The notes under the pieces: model-generated
Database searches by the model: none
The model's input: the letters and a program-made list of their open reading frames with translations, nothing else
What the model was told of the DNA's origin: nothing
Made by a program: the position numbers and the translations under genes
Shown here: positions 55,547-64,000 of the stretch, in pieces
Layout: each line of letters starts with the position of its first letter
How positions within the stretch are numbered: the first letter of the stretch is position 1
From: an uncultured delta proteobacterium
GTDB taxonomy: Bacteria > Desulfobacterota > Syntrophia > Syntrophales > UBA2192
Direction: 5' to 3'
NCBI GenBank assembly: GCA_963705165.1
Contig: CAVPJD010000014.1
Location: 1-64,000 of the forward strand
DNA: 64,000 nucleotides

Positions 55547-55672
55547 TCACTTCTTATCACCGGGGATGTTCATGGGCCCGCACATGGGGTCCACCCACTG
55601 CCTGCCGTTGAGCAGTTCGCGAGTGATCAGTTCCCGCTTGCGATCTCTTCTGCTGATCTCTTTCCTTCGCAT
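55547..55672 (-). CDS. 41 aa basic peptide with WxDPMCGP motif (not in ORF track)
   Basis: MRRKEISRRDRKRELITRELLNGRQWVDPMCGPMNIPGDKK; RBS AAAGGAG 7 nt upstream; paralog at 59377. Confidence 0.75.
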   Translation of the reverse strand: MRRKEISRRDRKRELITRELLNGRQWVDPMCGPMNIPGDKK

Positions 55673-55757
55673 GGTTTGACTCCTTTATCGTCAGGATAGC
55701 TTCCCTGCTTTCGAGGTCAATCTACGCTCCGGAGAGCTATTCCACAATCGGTGCTGC

Positions 55758-55832
55758 TCTGAATATCTCCTCAGACATCGAGACACGGGGCTGTCAGACG
55801 GGGCGCGAAGGAAGCATCAGAGGGGGTCTGAT
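55758..55832 (-). promoter_or_regulatory. TCAGA/TCTGA operator array, copy 1
   Basis: On minus strand: ATCAGA-N5-TCTGAT, then GTCTGA at +33 and +56, TCAGA at +70. Confidence 0.7.
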
Positions 55833-55842
55833 GGGAAGGCAA

Positions 55843-55920
55843 CGGGGACGTTGTTGAAAAAGTTGACTTACTCAAGAACTGGAGATGAGAAGTTAGTCAA
55901 CTTTGTCAACAACGTCCCCG
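55843..55920. repeat. 78 bp inverted-repeat element (MITE-like or terminator)
   Basis: 26 bp arms CGGGGACGTTGTTGA(A/C)AAAGTTGACT with one mismatch. Confidence 0.8.
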
Positions 55921-55930
55921 ATCTTTTTCG

Positions 55931-56566
55931 TCAGCCCAGCAGTTTGTTCTGGATGGCGTACATGGTGATCTCGGCGTTGGTGGAAAACTGCATCTTCTCC
56001 AGGATGTGCCGCCGGTAGGTGCTGATCGTCTTCACGCTCAGGCACAGTTCCTCGGCGGCCTGGGTCACCGTCTTTCCCGAGGCGATGAGAAGCATGACCT
56101 GGTACTCCCGGTCCGAGAGCTTCTCGTGGGGGGCTTTGTCCACATCGCCGAGGAAGTAGGTGAGTTTCTCGGCCAGGGCCTCGGTGACGTAGCGGCCCCC
56201 CTGGGAGACCTTGCGGATGGCCGAGATGAGCTCCTTGGGCGTGCTCGCCTTGGTGAGATAGCCCGAGGCGCCGTCCCGAAAGGCCCGCACCGCGTACTGC
56301 TCCTCGGGGTAGATGCTCAAAATCATGACGGGCAGGTGCGGCTTCTGGCTCTTGAGCTCCTTGAGGATCTCGAGCCCGCTGCGGCCCGGCATGGAGATGT
56401 CCAGCAGGATGAGATCGAAGTCCTTCTTCTGGATCAGATCCAGGACCTCCTGACCATTGCCCGCCTCGCCGGTCACATCCATGTCGGGCTGGCTCATGAG
56501 GATCTTCTTGTAGCCCTCCCGGACGATGGGGTGATCATCGGCGATCAGGATTCGAATCTTTTTCAT
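55931..56566 (-). CDS. NarL/FixJ-family response regulator
   Basis: ADDHPIVREG, LDISMPG, LSDREYQV, LSVKTISTYR. Confidence 0.96.
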   Translation of the reverse strand: MKKIRILIADDHPIVREGYKKILMSQPDMDVTGEAGNGQEVLDLIQKKDFDLILLDISMPGRSGLEILKELKSQKPHLPVMILSIYPEEQYAVRAFRDGASGYLTKASTPKELISAIRKVSQGGRYVTEALAEKLTYFLGDVDKAPHEKLSDREYQVMLLIASGKTVTQAAEELCLSVKTISTYRRHILEKMQFSTNAEITMYAIQNKLLG

Positions 56567-58799
56567 GGCCCTTCCCTTTCTCCACGAGTGGTATGCTGAC
56601 CTTGACTGTCGTCCCCTGGCCTTTCTTGCCGGAGATCACGGCCTCGCCTCCCCAGTGGTAGGCCCGTTCCCGGATCCCCAGTAAACCATAGGAGTTCGGT
56701 TTTGCAAGCTGTTCCTGCGTGACGCCCCTGCCGTTGTCCCGGACGACGAGTTCGACCCGGTCGGGACTCTGCTTCAGGCTGACGGTCACACGGCCCGCCT
56801 CGGCATGGCGCGAGATGTTTGTGAACGTTTCCTGGACGATGCGGTAAATGGAAAAAGACATGTCCGCATCGAGTCGCAACTCCTCGGGTTCTATGGATAC
56901 GGTGCACTTGATGCCGGTGCGCTTCTGAAAATCCTTGGCCAGCCAGTCGATGGCCACGGCAAGCCCCAGGTGATCGAGCATGCCCGGACGGAGGGCCATG
57001 TAGATGCGCTTGACCGTCTCCATCGTCATCTCGACGAGGTGGATCGAGTCTTCGGCCTTCTTCGCAAGGTCCGTCTGCCTGGGCGGGATGCTGTTCATGA
57101 GAAGGACCAGATCGGTGTTGAGGGCCGTCAGCAGCTGCCCCAGCTCGTCATGCAGCTCCCGGGCGATGCGGGTGCGCTCCTTCTCCCGGGCCGACTCGAG
57201 ATGGGCCGAGAGGTTGCGCAGCCGCTCCCGCGATTGCTCCACCTCCGTCTTGGCGCGCTTGAGGTCCGTGATGTCCTGGTAGGTAATGACGATGTTTCCC
57301 TCCTTGAGGCTCTCGCCGATCCGGGAGGCGGTGATCATGCAATCCACGTCGGTGCCGTCCTTGCGCCGGCACAGAAACTCCATTTGGAAGGTCCGCTGCT
57401 TCTCCAGGGCGGTATAGAGGATCCGGGCCATCTCCTCATAATCCAGGTCCGAACGGTAGATGACGCGGGTGCTCTTGCCGATGAGATCCAGGGCGTCCCA
57501 GCCGAACACGGATTGGACCCCGTCGTTGGCGAAGATGATCCGGCGGTCCTGCAGGCCGATGACGGCGTGCGGGATGGCCTCCAGGATGGAGGCTTCCAGG
57601 GCTTCCAGGGCCTCGAGGCGGTTGCGTGCCTCGGTCTGCTCGGTGATGTCCATGGAGTTTCCGAGGACGGCCCGGGATCCCTTGTAGGGGATGAAGGCCA
57701 CCGTCTCCATGATCCACCGGATGCGCCCGTCCTTGGTGACGATGCGGAATTCATGGGGCGAGCTGCGCTTGCCGCGGAGCAACTCCCGGGCATGCTTGCG
57801 CACCTTGACCCGGTCCTCGGGGTGAACCAGGCCCATGGAGCTCATGCCCGCCAGTTCCTCGGGGCTGTAGCCCGCGTAGGCGGCGGCATGATGGTTGACG
57901 TACTGGAAGGTCCCGTCCTGGACGACGTAGACGCCGGCCTGGGCGCTCGAGGCAAAGAGCTTGTAGGATTCCTCGGCGCGCCTGCGGTCCGTGATGTCCT
58001 CGTAGGTGATGACGATCCGCTTCTCCTGGAGGGTATCGCCGATGCGGGAGGCGCTGATCAGGGCCTCGAAGGGGCTCCCGTCGCGGCGCCGGCAGGTGAA
58101 CTCCAGGCTGAAAGTACGCTGGCGCTCCAGGTTCGAGTAGAGGACCTTGGCGATCTCCTTGAACCCTTCCTCGGTGGGGTAGAGCAGCCGGGTGGAGCGG
58201 CCGATGAGCTCGGAGGCCTTCCGGCCGAAGACGCTCTCGACGCCATTGTTGGCGAAGATGATCCGGCGGTTTTTCAGCCCGATCACGGCATGCGGGATGG
58301 CATCCAGAATCGATGCCTCGAGGGTCTCCAGCTCGGCCAGTTTGTTGCGGGCCTTGACCTGCCGGGTGACGTCCATGGAGTTCCCGAGAACGGCCCGTTG
58401 ACGGCGGTAGTGGATGGGGGTGACCGTCTCGGCGATCCAGCGCAGATCCCCGTTCTTGCCGATCGTCATGAATTCATAGGGGTGGGAGCGCTTCCCCTTC
58501 AGCATGGCGATCGCGTTTTTCCGCACCCTCTCGCGATCATCGGGGTGAACGAGGCTCATGGAGGCCATCCCGATGAGCTCGTTGCGGTTGTAGCCCCAGT
58601 AGCGGGCGGCGTGCTCGTTCACGAACCGGAATTTCCCGTTCTGGAGCACATAGATGCCCGCACGGGACGTCCTCTCCAGGCTCCGGTAGAGGCCTTCCTC
58701 GAAGAGGCAGTCCGTCTCCGAGCGCTTCATCTCGTCGATCTGCTTGTGCAGATCCGCCAGTTCCGTAACGAGTTGTTCCCGCGATTTTACCCGGCCCAT
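56535..58799 (-). CDS. Cytoplasmic 4xPAS histidine kinase (HisKA_3 type)
   Basis: Four PAS/PAC repeats, ERTRIARELHDELGQ, QETFTNISRHA, DNGRG, GLLGIRER; no TM. Confidence 0.94.
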   Translation of the reverse strand: MGRVKSREQLVTELADLHKQIDEMKRSETDCLFEEGLYRSLERTSRAGIYVLQNGKFRFVNEHAARYWGYNRNELIGMASMSLVHPDDRERVRKNAIAMLKGKRSHPYEFMTIGKNGDLRWIAETVTPIHYRRQRAVLGNSMDVTRQVKARNKLAELETLEASILDAIPHAVIGLKNRRIIFANNGVESVFGRKASELIGRSTRLLYPTEEGFKEIAKVLYSNLERQRTFSLEFTCRRRDGSPFEALISASRIGDTLQEKRIVITYEDITDRRRAEESYKLFASSAQAGVYVVQDGTFQYVNHHAAAYAGYSPEELAGMSSMGLVHPEDRVKVRKHARELLRGKRSSPHEFRIVTKDGRIRWIMETVAFIPYKGSRAVLGNSMDITEQTEARNRLEALEALEASILEAIPHAVIGLQDRRIIFANDGVQSVFGWDALDLIGKSTRVIYRSDLDYEEMARILYTALEKQRTFQMEFLCRRKDGTDVDCMITASRIGESLKEGNIVITYQDITDLKRAKTEVEQSRERLRNLSAHLESAREKERTRIARELHDELGQLLTALNTDLVLLMNSIPPRQTDLAKKAEDSIHLVEMTMETVKRIYMALRPGMLDHLGLAVAIDWLAKDFQKRTGIKCTVSIEPEELRLDADMSFSIYRIVQETFTNISRHAEAGRVTVSLKQSPDRVELVVRDNGRGVTQEQLAKPNSYGLLGIRERAYHWGGEAVISGKKGQGTTVKVSIPLVEKGKGHEKDSNPDRR

Positions 58800-59010
58800 G
58801 CCTGCTCCCCGGTTCAATGGGTGAAAACGGGTGGGACCAACAAACCCATGAACGATTTTCCGTTCGAAGGTTTAATACGATCCGCCCCGATTGTCAAACC
58901 ATTCCCTGCCCGCAATGGGCGTCCCGGGCTGCGTCGTCGGAGGTTCCCGGAGTCTGTCGATCCGCGCCGCCGTGACCGGACCATGGGTCCAGCAACCCTT
59001 TCGGGGCTTT

Positions 59011-59085
59011 ATCAGACGATGTCTGATGGGCGATTGCGCCAATGTCTGAGAATCGATTCAAGGATTGTCTGATCCCACTTTCAGA
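59011..59085 (+). promoter_or_regulatory. TCAGA/TCTGA operator array, copy 2
   Basis: ATCAGACGATGTCTGAT (59011-27), GTCTGA at 59044 and 59067, TCAGA at 59081; same offsets as copy 1. Confidence 0.7.
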
Positions 59086-59174
59086 CGGGCGCCGATTTGT
59101 TTCAAGACGCGGTTGAGTTAGGGTAGCCCCGAAAGAAAAAAGAACAGGCCAACACCAGAGGAAAGGCAAAGATC

Positions 59175-59315
59175 ATGACGGGCTGGCTGGCGATGAGAGC
59201 GAAAACGGAAATGAACCCCCAGGGGACCCTGATGGGCGAACGCGCCGCGAGGATCCCCGGTGACCCGGCGAGCCGTTCCTACTACAAGGACAAGGGAGCG
59301 GCCATCTTCCGCTAA
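59175..59315 (+). CDS. Putative 46 aa small protein (not in ORF track)
   Basis: MTGWLAMRAKTEMNPQGTLMGERAARIPGDPASRSYYKDKGAAIFR; purine-rich GAGGAAAGG upstream; start uncertain. Confidence 0.4.
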   Translation: MTGWLAMRAKTEMNPQGTLMGERAARIPGDPASRSYYKDKGAAIFR

Positions 59316-59376
59316 AAACGGCAACCGCAGGCAGGTTGTCCCTTATAACGAGCGAACCCGAAGAGGGATCATCATC

Positions 59377-59478
59377 ATGAAAAGCAAGGAAACGAAAAAG
59401 GACGCGAAGAAGGGCAAGGGGAAGAGGCTCTCCGGGAAGTACTGGTACGACCCGATGTGCGGTCCGATCCGGCCCTGA
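59377..59478 (+). CDS. 33 aa Lys-rich peptide with WxDPMCGP motif
   Basis: MKSKETKKDAKKGKGKRLSGKYWYDPMCGPIRP; GAGGGA upstream; paralog at 55547. Confidence 0.72.
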   Translation: MKSKETKKDAKKGKGKRLSGKYWYDPMCGPIRP

Positions 59479-59659
59479 CAATAAGGAAAACGTCGATTCC
59501 TGGTCAGTCATGTCGTCTTCTGCAACACGTCACTGACTATCTCCTTGACATTCGTTTGCGGGCGGGGATCCGCCCCGCCCGTGAACGGATGGAGAAGGGA
59601 GGGCGGATCGGCAGGAGAAGAGAACGACTCGGGCTGTGGCGATCAAAGGGGAGCATCGG

Positions 59660-59797
59660 ATGGCGCATACGGCGAAGAACCCCGGGAAATACCGGATCAG
59701 CGAGGATGACTGGAACCGCTATGTCGATGCCGTCCGCCGGGAAACCGCACGGAGGCATCCTTCGAAACACCTGGAGCAGCAAAAGGATACTGAATAA
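59660..59797 (+). CDS. 45 aa small protein with DWNxY motif (not in ORF track)
   Basis: MAHTAKNPGKYRISEDDWNRYVDAVRRETARRHPSKHLEQQKDTE; RBS AAAGGGGAG. Confidence 0.6.
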   Translation: MAHTAKNPGKYRISEDDWNRYVDAVRRETARRHPSKHLEQQKDTE

Positions 59798-59919
59798 TGA
59801 CGAAAGTCAGCGCGAAACCCGCCAAGGCGGACAGGAAAGACTGGAACAAGTACCACCAGTACATGGACGAACTGAAAAAGGAAACCGTGGAGTGCATCAC
59901 TGAAAATCGGGTGCCCTGA
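59797..59919 (+). CDS. 40 aa small protein with DWNxY motif (not in ORF track)
   Basis: MTKVSAKPAKADRKDWNKYHQYMDELKKETVECITENRVP; TAATG stop/start overlap and AAGGA RBS. Confidence 0.6.
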   Translation: MTKVSAKPAKADRKDWNKYHQYMDELKKETVECITENRVP

Positions 59920-59956
59920 TTTTCTCTCCCGTTCAGCAACGAGTCCTCAGCAGTAC

Positions 59957-59998
59957 AAAGAAACCCCCGCTGGCTCCCTCTACGGGGGTTTCTTTTTT
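59957..59998 (+). terminator. Intrinsic terminator after the small-ORF cluster
   Basis: AAAGAAACCCCCG / CGGGGGTTTCTTTTTT. Confidence 0.8.
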
Positions 59999-60025
59999 GC
60001 GACGGAAGCGGCCCTGCAACGGGCG

Positions 60026-60057
60026 AAAAAAAGGCAGCGTCCAAGACGCTGCCTTTT
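60026..60057 (-). terminator. Terminator after tRNA-Ala
   Basis: AAAAAAAGGCAGCGTC-CAA-GACGCTGCCTTTT. Confidence 0.8.
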
Positions 60058-60065
60058 GTCTTTCC

Positions 60066-60142
<77 letters not shown>

Positions 60143-60244
60143 GTATCGGTGAAAAAGAGAACTCCGTTTAGCATACGCATCTTGGCGTTGTCAATACAAT
60201 TTTCTTGACTTTGAAGGCCCCGAAAGGATAATCAAAACTCACAC

Positions 60245-60332
60245 GCCGGAGTGGTGAAACTGGTAGACGCAGGGGACTCAAAATCCCCCTTCCCCTGGGG
60301 AAGTGTCGGTTCGATTCCGACCTCCGGCACCA
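60245..60332 (+). tRNA. tRNA-Leu(CAA)
   Basis: GCCGGAG...GGGGA-CTCAAAA-TCCCC, long variable arm, GTTCGATTC, CCA end. Confidence 0.96.
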
Positions 60333-60542
60333 ATGAAAATCAAGGGGTTCAGCCGTAACGGCTGAGCCCCTTTTGGTTCACCGTCAACGCGAAAGCACCC
60401 GGGTGGCATTCTTTCACCGTCTTGGTCTTGTTCACGACGAAGCCTCTCCAATTCTCCCTGTGCCCCTTCAGGCTTCCCCTGTGAAATTGAGATGTGAAAG
60501 TAAAGGTTGAAATACAAGACCTGATGCTATCTATTATACAAT

Positions 60543-61784
60543 ATGAAATTCGATGATTATCGCATTGCGGCTGAAATCAAGCAGAATTTGACGGCCATGG
60601 GCTTCAAGCGCCCGACCGATATCCAGTTCAAATCCATTCCGCCCATCCTGAAAGGGGAGGATGTGCTGGCCATTGCGCAGACCGGCACCGGCAAGACAGC
60701 GGCCTTTGCGATACCGATTCTGAACATGCTGCACGAACAAAAATCATCCCGACGCACGCAGGGCATTCAATGCGTGGTGATGGTGCCCACCCGCGAACTC
60801 GCCCTGCAAATCACGGAAGTGTTCGAGACCATCGGCAAACACACCAAAGTAAAAACCCTCTGCGTGTTCGGCGGGGTGGAGCAGGATCCGCAAATTGCCG
60901 GGCTGGGAAAAGGCATCGATATCCTCGTCGCCACACCCGGCCGGATGTTCGACCTCGTGAGCCAGGGCCATATTCACCTCGGCCGGGTGCAGATCCTGGT
61001 GCTCGACGAGGCCGATCACATGCTCGCTCTGGGGTTTATCAAGGATATCGAGGATCTGATCCGCTTTCTTCCCCGCAAACGGCAAACCCTGTTTTTTTCG
61101 GCCACGATCAACGACACGATTAAAAAATTAGCCTATTCGCTGGTTAAAAACGCGATTCGTATCCAGATTGCGCCCGATGACCCGGTCGCCAGAAATATCG
61201 TTCACTCGGTCGCCTTTATCGAAATGGATGACAAGCGGTTTTTCCTTGCCCGCTTCATCGAGGAAAATCCCGATAGTAAAATATTAGTATTTGTCCGCAC
61301 CAAAGTCCGGGCCGAACGGGTGAGTAAAGCCCTCGAACGCGCCGAAATCCAAAGCCTCACCATCCACGGCGACAAAGACCAGCACGACCGTTTTGACGTG
61401 ATGAAACAATTCCGCGAAGGGACGGTGAAAATTCTGATTGCCACCGACGTCAGTGCCCGGGGAATCGATATCCCTGACGTGGATCAAGTGGTGAATTATG
61501 ACCTCCCCGATGTGGCCGAAAACTACGTCCACCGCGTGGGCCGCACCGGCCGCGGCGACAAGAAAGGCCAGGCGGTTTCTTTCTGCAGTCCGGAAGAAAA
61601 ACCCATCCTCGACGAAATCGAGAGTTTTCTGGGTAAACCGATTACGGTGCTCTCCATCGGTAAAAACGAATACCACGAAACCCTGATCCTCCAAAGTGAG
61701 CAACCCGATAAATGGAAAGCGTTGAGGGAGGAAATCGAGAAGGCGGAGAATTGGGGGAAGAAGAAAAAGAAGAGGAAAGGGTAG
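60543..61784 (+). CDS. DEAD-box RNA helicase (RhlE-like)
   Basis: PTDIQ, AQTGTGKT, PTRELA, LDEAD, SAT, ARGID, HRVGRTGR. Confidence 0.96.
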   Translation: MKFDDYRIAAEIKQNLTAMGFKRPTDIQFKSIPPILKGEDVLAIAQTGTGKTAAFAIPILNMLHEQKSSRRTQGIQCVVMVPTRELALQITEVFETIGKHTKVKTLCVFGGVEQDPQIAGLGKGIDILVATPGRMFDLVSQGHIHLGRVQILVLDEADHMLALGFIKDIEDLIRFLPRKRQTLFFSATINDTIKKLAYSLVKNAIRIQIAPDDPVARNIVHSVAFIEMDDKRFFLARFIEENPDSKILVFVRTKVRAERVSKALERAEIQSLTIHGDKDQHDRFDVMKQFREGTVKILIATDVSARGIDIPDVDQVVNYDLPDVAENYVHRVGRTGRGDKKGQAVSFCSPEEKPILDEIESFLGKPITVLSIGKNEYHETLILQSEQPDKWKALREEIEKAENWGKKKKKRKG

Positions 61785-61828
61785 GCGTTTTTCCCCCGCC
61801 CGCATCGCCCGGATTGATTGTTTCCTTC

Positions 61829-62929
61829 CTATTTACGGCCCGGCAGCGCCCGGAGATGCTTCACGATCCCTTCCCCCATGGCAGCCGTTCCCACCAGGGT
61901 CTTGCCGTCCTGATGGATGTCGCGGGTCCTCAGGCCCTCTTTCAGAACGGACCGGACGGCCTCTTCGATCCGTTTACCCTCTGCCTCCATTCCGAAAGAA
62001 ATGCGGAGCATCATGGCCGCCGACAGGATCATTCCCAGGGGGTTGGCCAGGTCCTGACCTGCAATATCGGGGGCCGAACCGTGGATCGGCTCATACAGCG
62101 CCGCACGCTCGCCGAGGCTGGCCGAAGGCAGCATGCCGATGGAACCGGTCAGCATGGAGGCCTCGTCGCTCAGGATGTCGCCGAACATGTTGGTCGTCAC
62201 AATCACGTCGAACTGGGCCGGGTTGCGAATCAGTTGCATGGCGCAGTTGTCGACGTACATGTGGGAAAGCGACACATCCGGGTACTCCTGTCCCGTTTCG
62301 GTCACCACGTCGCGCCACAGCTGGGTGCTCTCCAGCACGTTTGCCTTGTCCACGGAGCAGAGCTTGCGGCCACGAGTCATCGCCAGATCGAATGCCACTT
62401 TGGCGATTCTCCGGATCTCCTGCTCCGTGTAAATAATGGTGTTCACACCGACCCTCTGGCCCTCCTCGATGCGGATACCGCGGGGATTTCCGAAGTAGGC
62501 ATCGCCCGTGAGCTCCCGGACGATCAGGATGTCGATGTGTTGGACGATGTGGGTCTTCAAGGGCGAGGCCTCGATCAGATCGGCATGGGCGACGACGGGA
62601 CGCAGATTCGCGAAGAGCCCCAGTTTCTCCCTGAGACCCAGCAGCGCACGTTCAGGCCTCAGTTCATAGGAAAGCGCTTCCCACTTCGGCCCGCCCACGG
62701 CCCCGAGCAGCACGGCATCGCTTGCCCGGGCAAGGGCGAGGCTTTCTGCCGGAAGAGGTATCCCGCATGCATCCACGGCGGCCCCGCCGACAAGCCCCTC
62801 CTCGGTCTGGAAAGAGATGCCCGATGTTTCGGAGATCACCGCCAGACATTTCAGCGCTTCCCGAACGACCTCCGGACCGATCCCGTCGCCGGGAAATACG
62901 GCAATCCTGAACACTTTTTTGTCCATCAT
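61829..62929 (-). CDS. leuB: 3-isopropylmalate dehydrogenase
   Basis: [50 protein letters not shown]. Confidence 0.97.
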   Translation of the reverse strand: MMDKKVFRIAVFPGDGIGPEVVREALKCLAVISETSGISFQTEEGLVGGAAVDACGIPLPAESLALARASDAVLLGAVGGPKWEALSYELRPERALLGLREKLGLFANLRPVVAHADLIEASPLKTHIVQHIDILIVRELTGDAYFGNPRGIRIEEGQRVGVNTIIYTEQEIRRIAKVAFDLAMTRGRKLCSVDKANVLESTQLWRDVVTETGQEYPDVSLSHMYVDNCAMQLIRNPAQFDVIVTTNMFGDILSDEASMLTGSIGMLPSASLGERAALYEPIHGSAPDIAGQDLANPLGMILSAAMMLRISFGMEAEGKRIEEAVRSVLKEGLRTRDIHQDGKTLVGTAAMGEGIVKHLRALPGRK

Positions 62930-63438
62930 TTCCTTCCTTGTGCATGTTGTCTTTTCAGGACGATGTGCCGCATCAGGCCGCCATCCCGGATGAGCTCCTG
63001 CATGAAGGGGGGTATGGGCTCGATGGAAAGCGGCTGAGCTTCGGAGCCTGCGATGAGGATCCTTCCCGCATCGCCATCCACCTCGATATGCTGCCCCCCG
63101 GAAACGCGGTCCCACAATTCAGCCGATTCGAAGATCGGAAGGCCCATGTTGAAGGCGTTGCGATAAAAGATCCGCGCGAAGCTCCGGGCAACGACACAGG
63201 CAATCCCGGCCGCCTGGATCGCGATGGGGGCGTGTTCCCGGGAAGAACCGCAGCCGAAGTTCTCACCGGCCACGATGATATCGCCCGCGCCGACGTTCCC
63301 GGCGAATTGCGCATCGAGATCCTCCATGCAGTGACGCGCCAGCTCCGCGGGATCGGTCGTTGTCAGATGACGGGCCGGGATGATGGCATCCGTGTCGATA
63401 TTGTCTCCGAACTTCCAGACCGTTCCTCTGAATTTCAT
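62926..63438 (-). CDS. leuD: 3-isopropylmalate dehydratase small subunit
   Basis: [30 protein letters not shown]. Confidence 0.96.
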   Translation of the reverse strand: MKFRGTVWKFGDNIDTDAIIPARHLTTTDPAELARHCMEDLDAQFAGNVGAGDIIVAGENFGCGSSREHAPIAIQAAGIACVVARSFARIFYRNAFNMGLPIFESAELWDRVSGGQHIEVDGDAGRILIAGSEAQPLSIEPIPPFMQELIRDGGLMRHIVLKRQHAQGRK

Positions 63439-63466
63439 GGTTGTTCTCCTTAGAAAGCTGAGCGGA

Positions 63467-64000
63467 TCAAAGTGAATCGGGGCCGGCGATCCGCCCCAGG
63501 ACCGCCGAAGCGGCTGCAACGGCCGGGCTCGCGAGGTAGACCTCGCTTCCCCTGTGGCCCATTCGCCCGATGAAATTCCGGTTCGTCGTGGCCACGGCCC
63601 TCTCCCCGTCGGCCAGGATGCCCATGTAGCCGCCCAGGCAGGGGCCGCAGGTGGGGGGGCTGATCACCGCCTTGGCGTCAAGGAAGGTCTCGATGAGGCC
63701 CTCCTGCAGGGCCGCACGATAGATGGCCGGCGTGGCGGGAATGACGATCAGGCGAATAGAGGGAGCAGCCTCCCTTCCCTTGAGGATACCGGCGGCAACG
63801 CGCAGGTCCTCGATGCGCCCGTTGGTGCAGGATCCGATGACGACCTGATCGATCGGGATGTCGCCGACGGAACTGATCCCCCTTGTGTTCGAGGGAAGAT
63901 GGGGAAAAGCGACCTGGGGCTCGATCTCGCTCACGTCGATCTCCAGGGTGCTTGCATAGTGCGCATCGGGGTCGGAATCGTAGAATTTCCATTGACCTTT
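63467..64000 (-). CDS. leuC: 3-isopropylmalate dehydratase large subunit, C-terminal part (truncated by window edge)
   Basis: [42 protein letters not shown]. Confidence 0.95.
   Translation of the reverse strand, partial: KGQWKFYDSDPDAHYASTLEIDVSEIEPQVAFPHLPSNTRGISSVGDIPIDQVVIGSCTNGRIEDLRVAAGILKGREAAPSIRLIVIPATPAIYRAALQEGLIETFLDAKAVISPPTCGPCLGGYMGILADGERAVATTNRNFIGRMGHRGSEVYLASPAVAAASAVLGRIAGPDSL

Noticed and set aside
59548..59630. GC-rich hairpin GGGCGGGG/CCCCGCCC with an alternative pairing to GGGCGGATC, as a riboswitch
   Set aside because: No recognisable aptamer consensus; cannot be told apart from an ordinary stem-loop
60278..60517. 79 aa minus-strand ORF
   Set aside because: Runs antisense into tRNA-Leu; at most a remnant

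Overview
GC-rich bacterial chromosome window. Gene content and order suggest an anaerobic deltaproteobacterium (Desulfobacterota, possibly Syntrophales-like); this is inference only. Most of it is housekeeping: ftsY-smc, moaA/greA, a 10-gene Mrp-type antiporter cluster, atpF'FHAGDC, mreBCD-mrdA-rodA, a family II pyrophosphatase, leuCDB and three tRNAs. smc and atpA carry single-base insertions that are probably sequencing errors. Five things stand out. (1) A soluble 4xPAS histidine kinase/NarL-type regulator pair is flanked on both sides by unannotated 33-46 aa ORFs; two share a WxDPMCGP motif and sit downstream of homologous promoters with an identically spaced five-half-site TCAGA/TCTGA array. 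(2) A complete IS110 element has a left-end non-coding region that folds like a bridge RNA, with guides matching the reconstructed target and donor sites. (3) A CsoSCA-like carbonic anhydrase with no carboxysome genes in the window lies between two oxalate/formate-antiporter-family transporters, one with a sigma54-type promoter and enhancer boxes facing a kinase/NtrC/archaemetzincin operon. (4) An L,D-transpeptidase / long Lpp-like lipoprotein / DpaA-like triad. (5) Intergenic 7-9-mer tandem arrays, often in inverted pairs, plus several MITE/REP-like elements. No CRISPR array or rRNA was seen.
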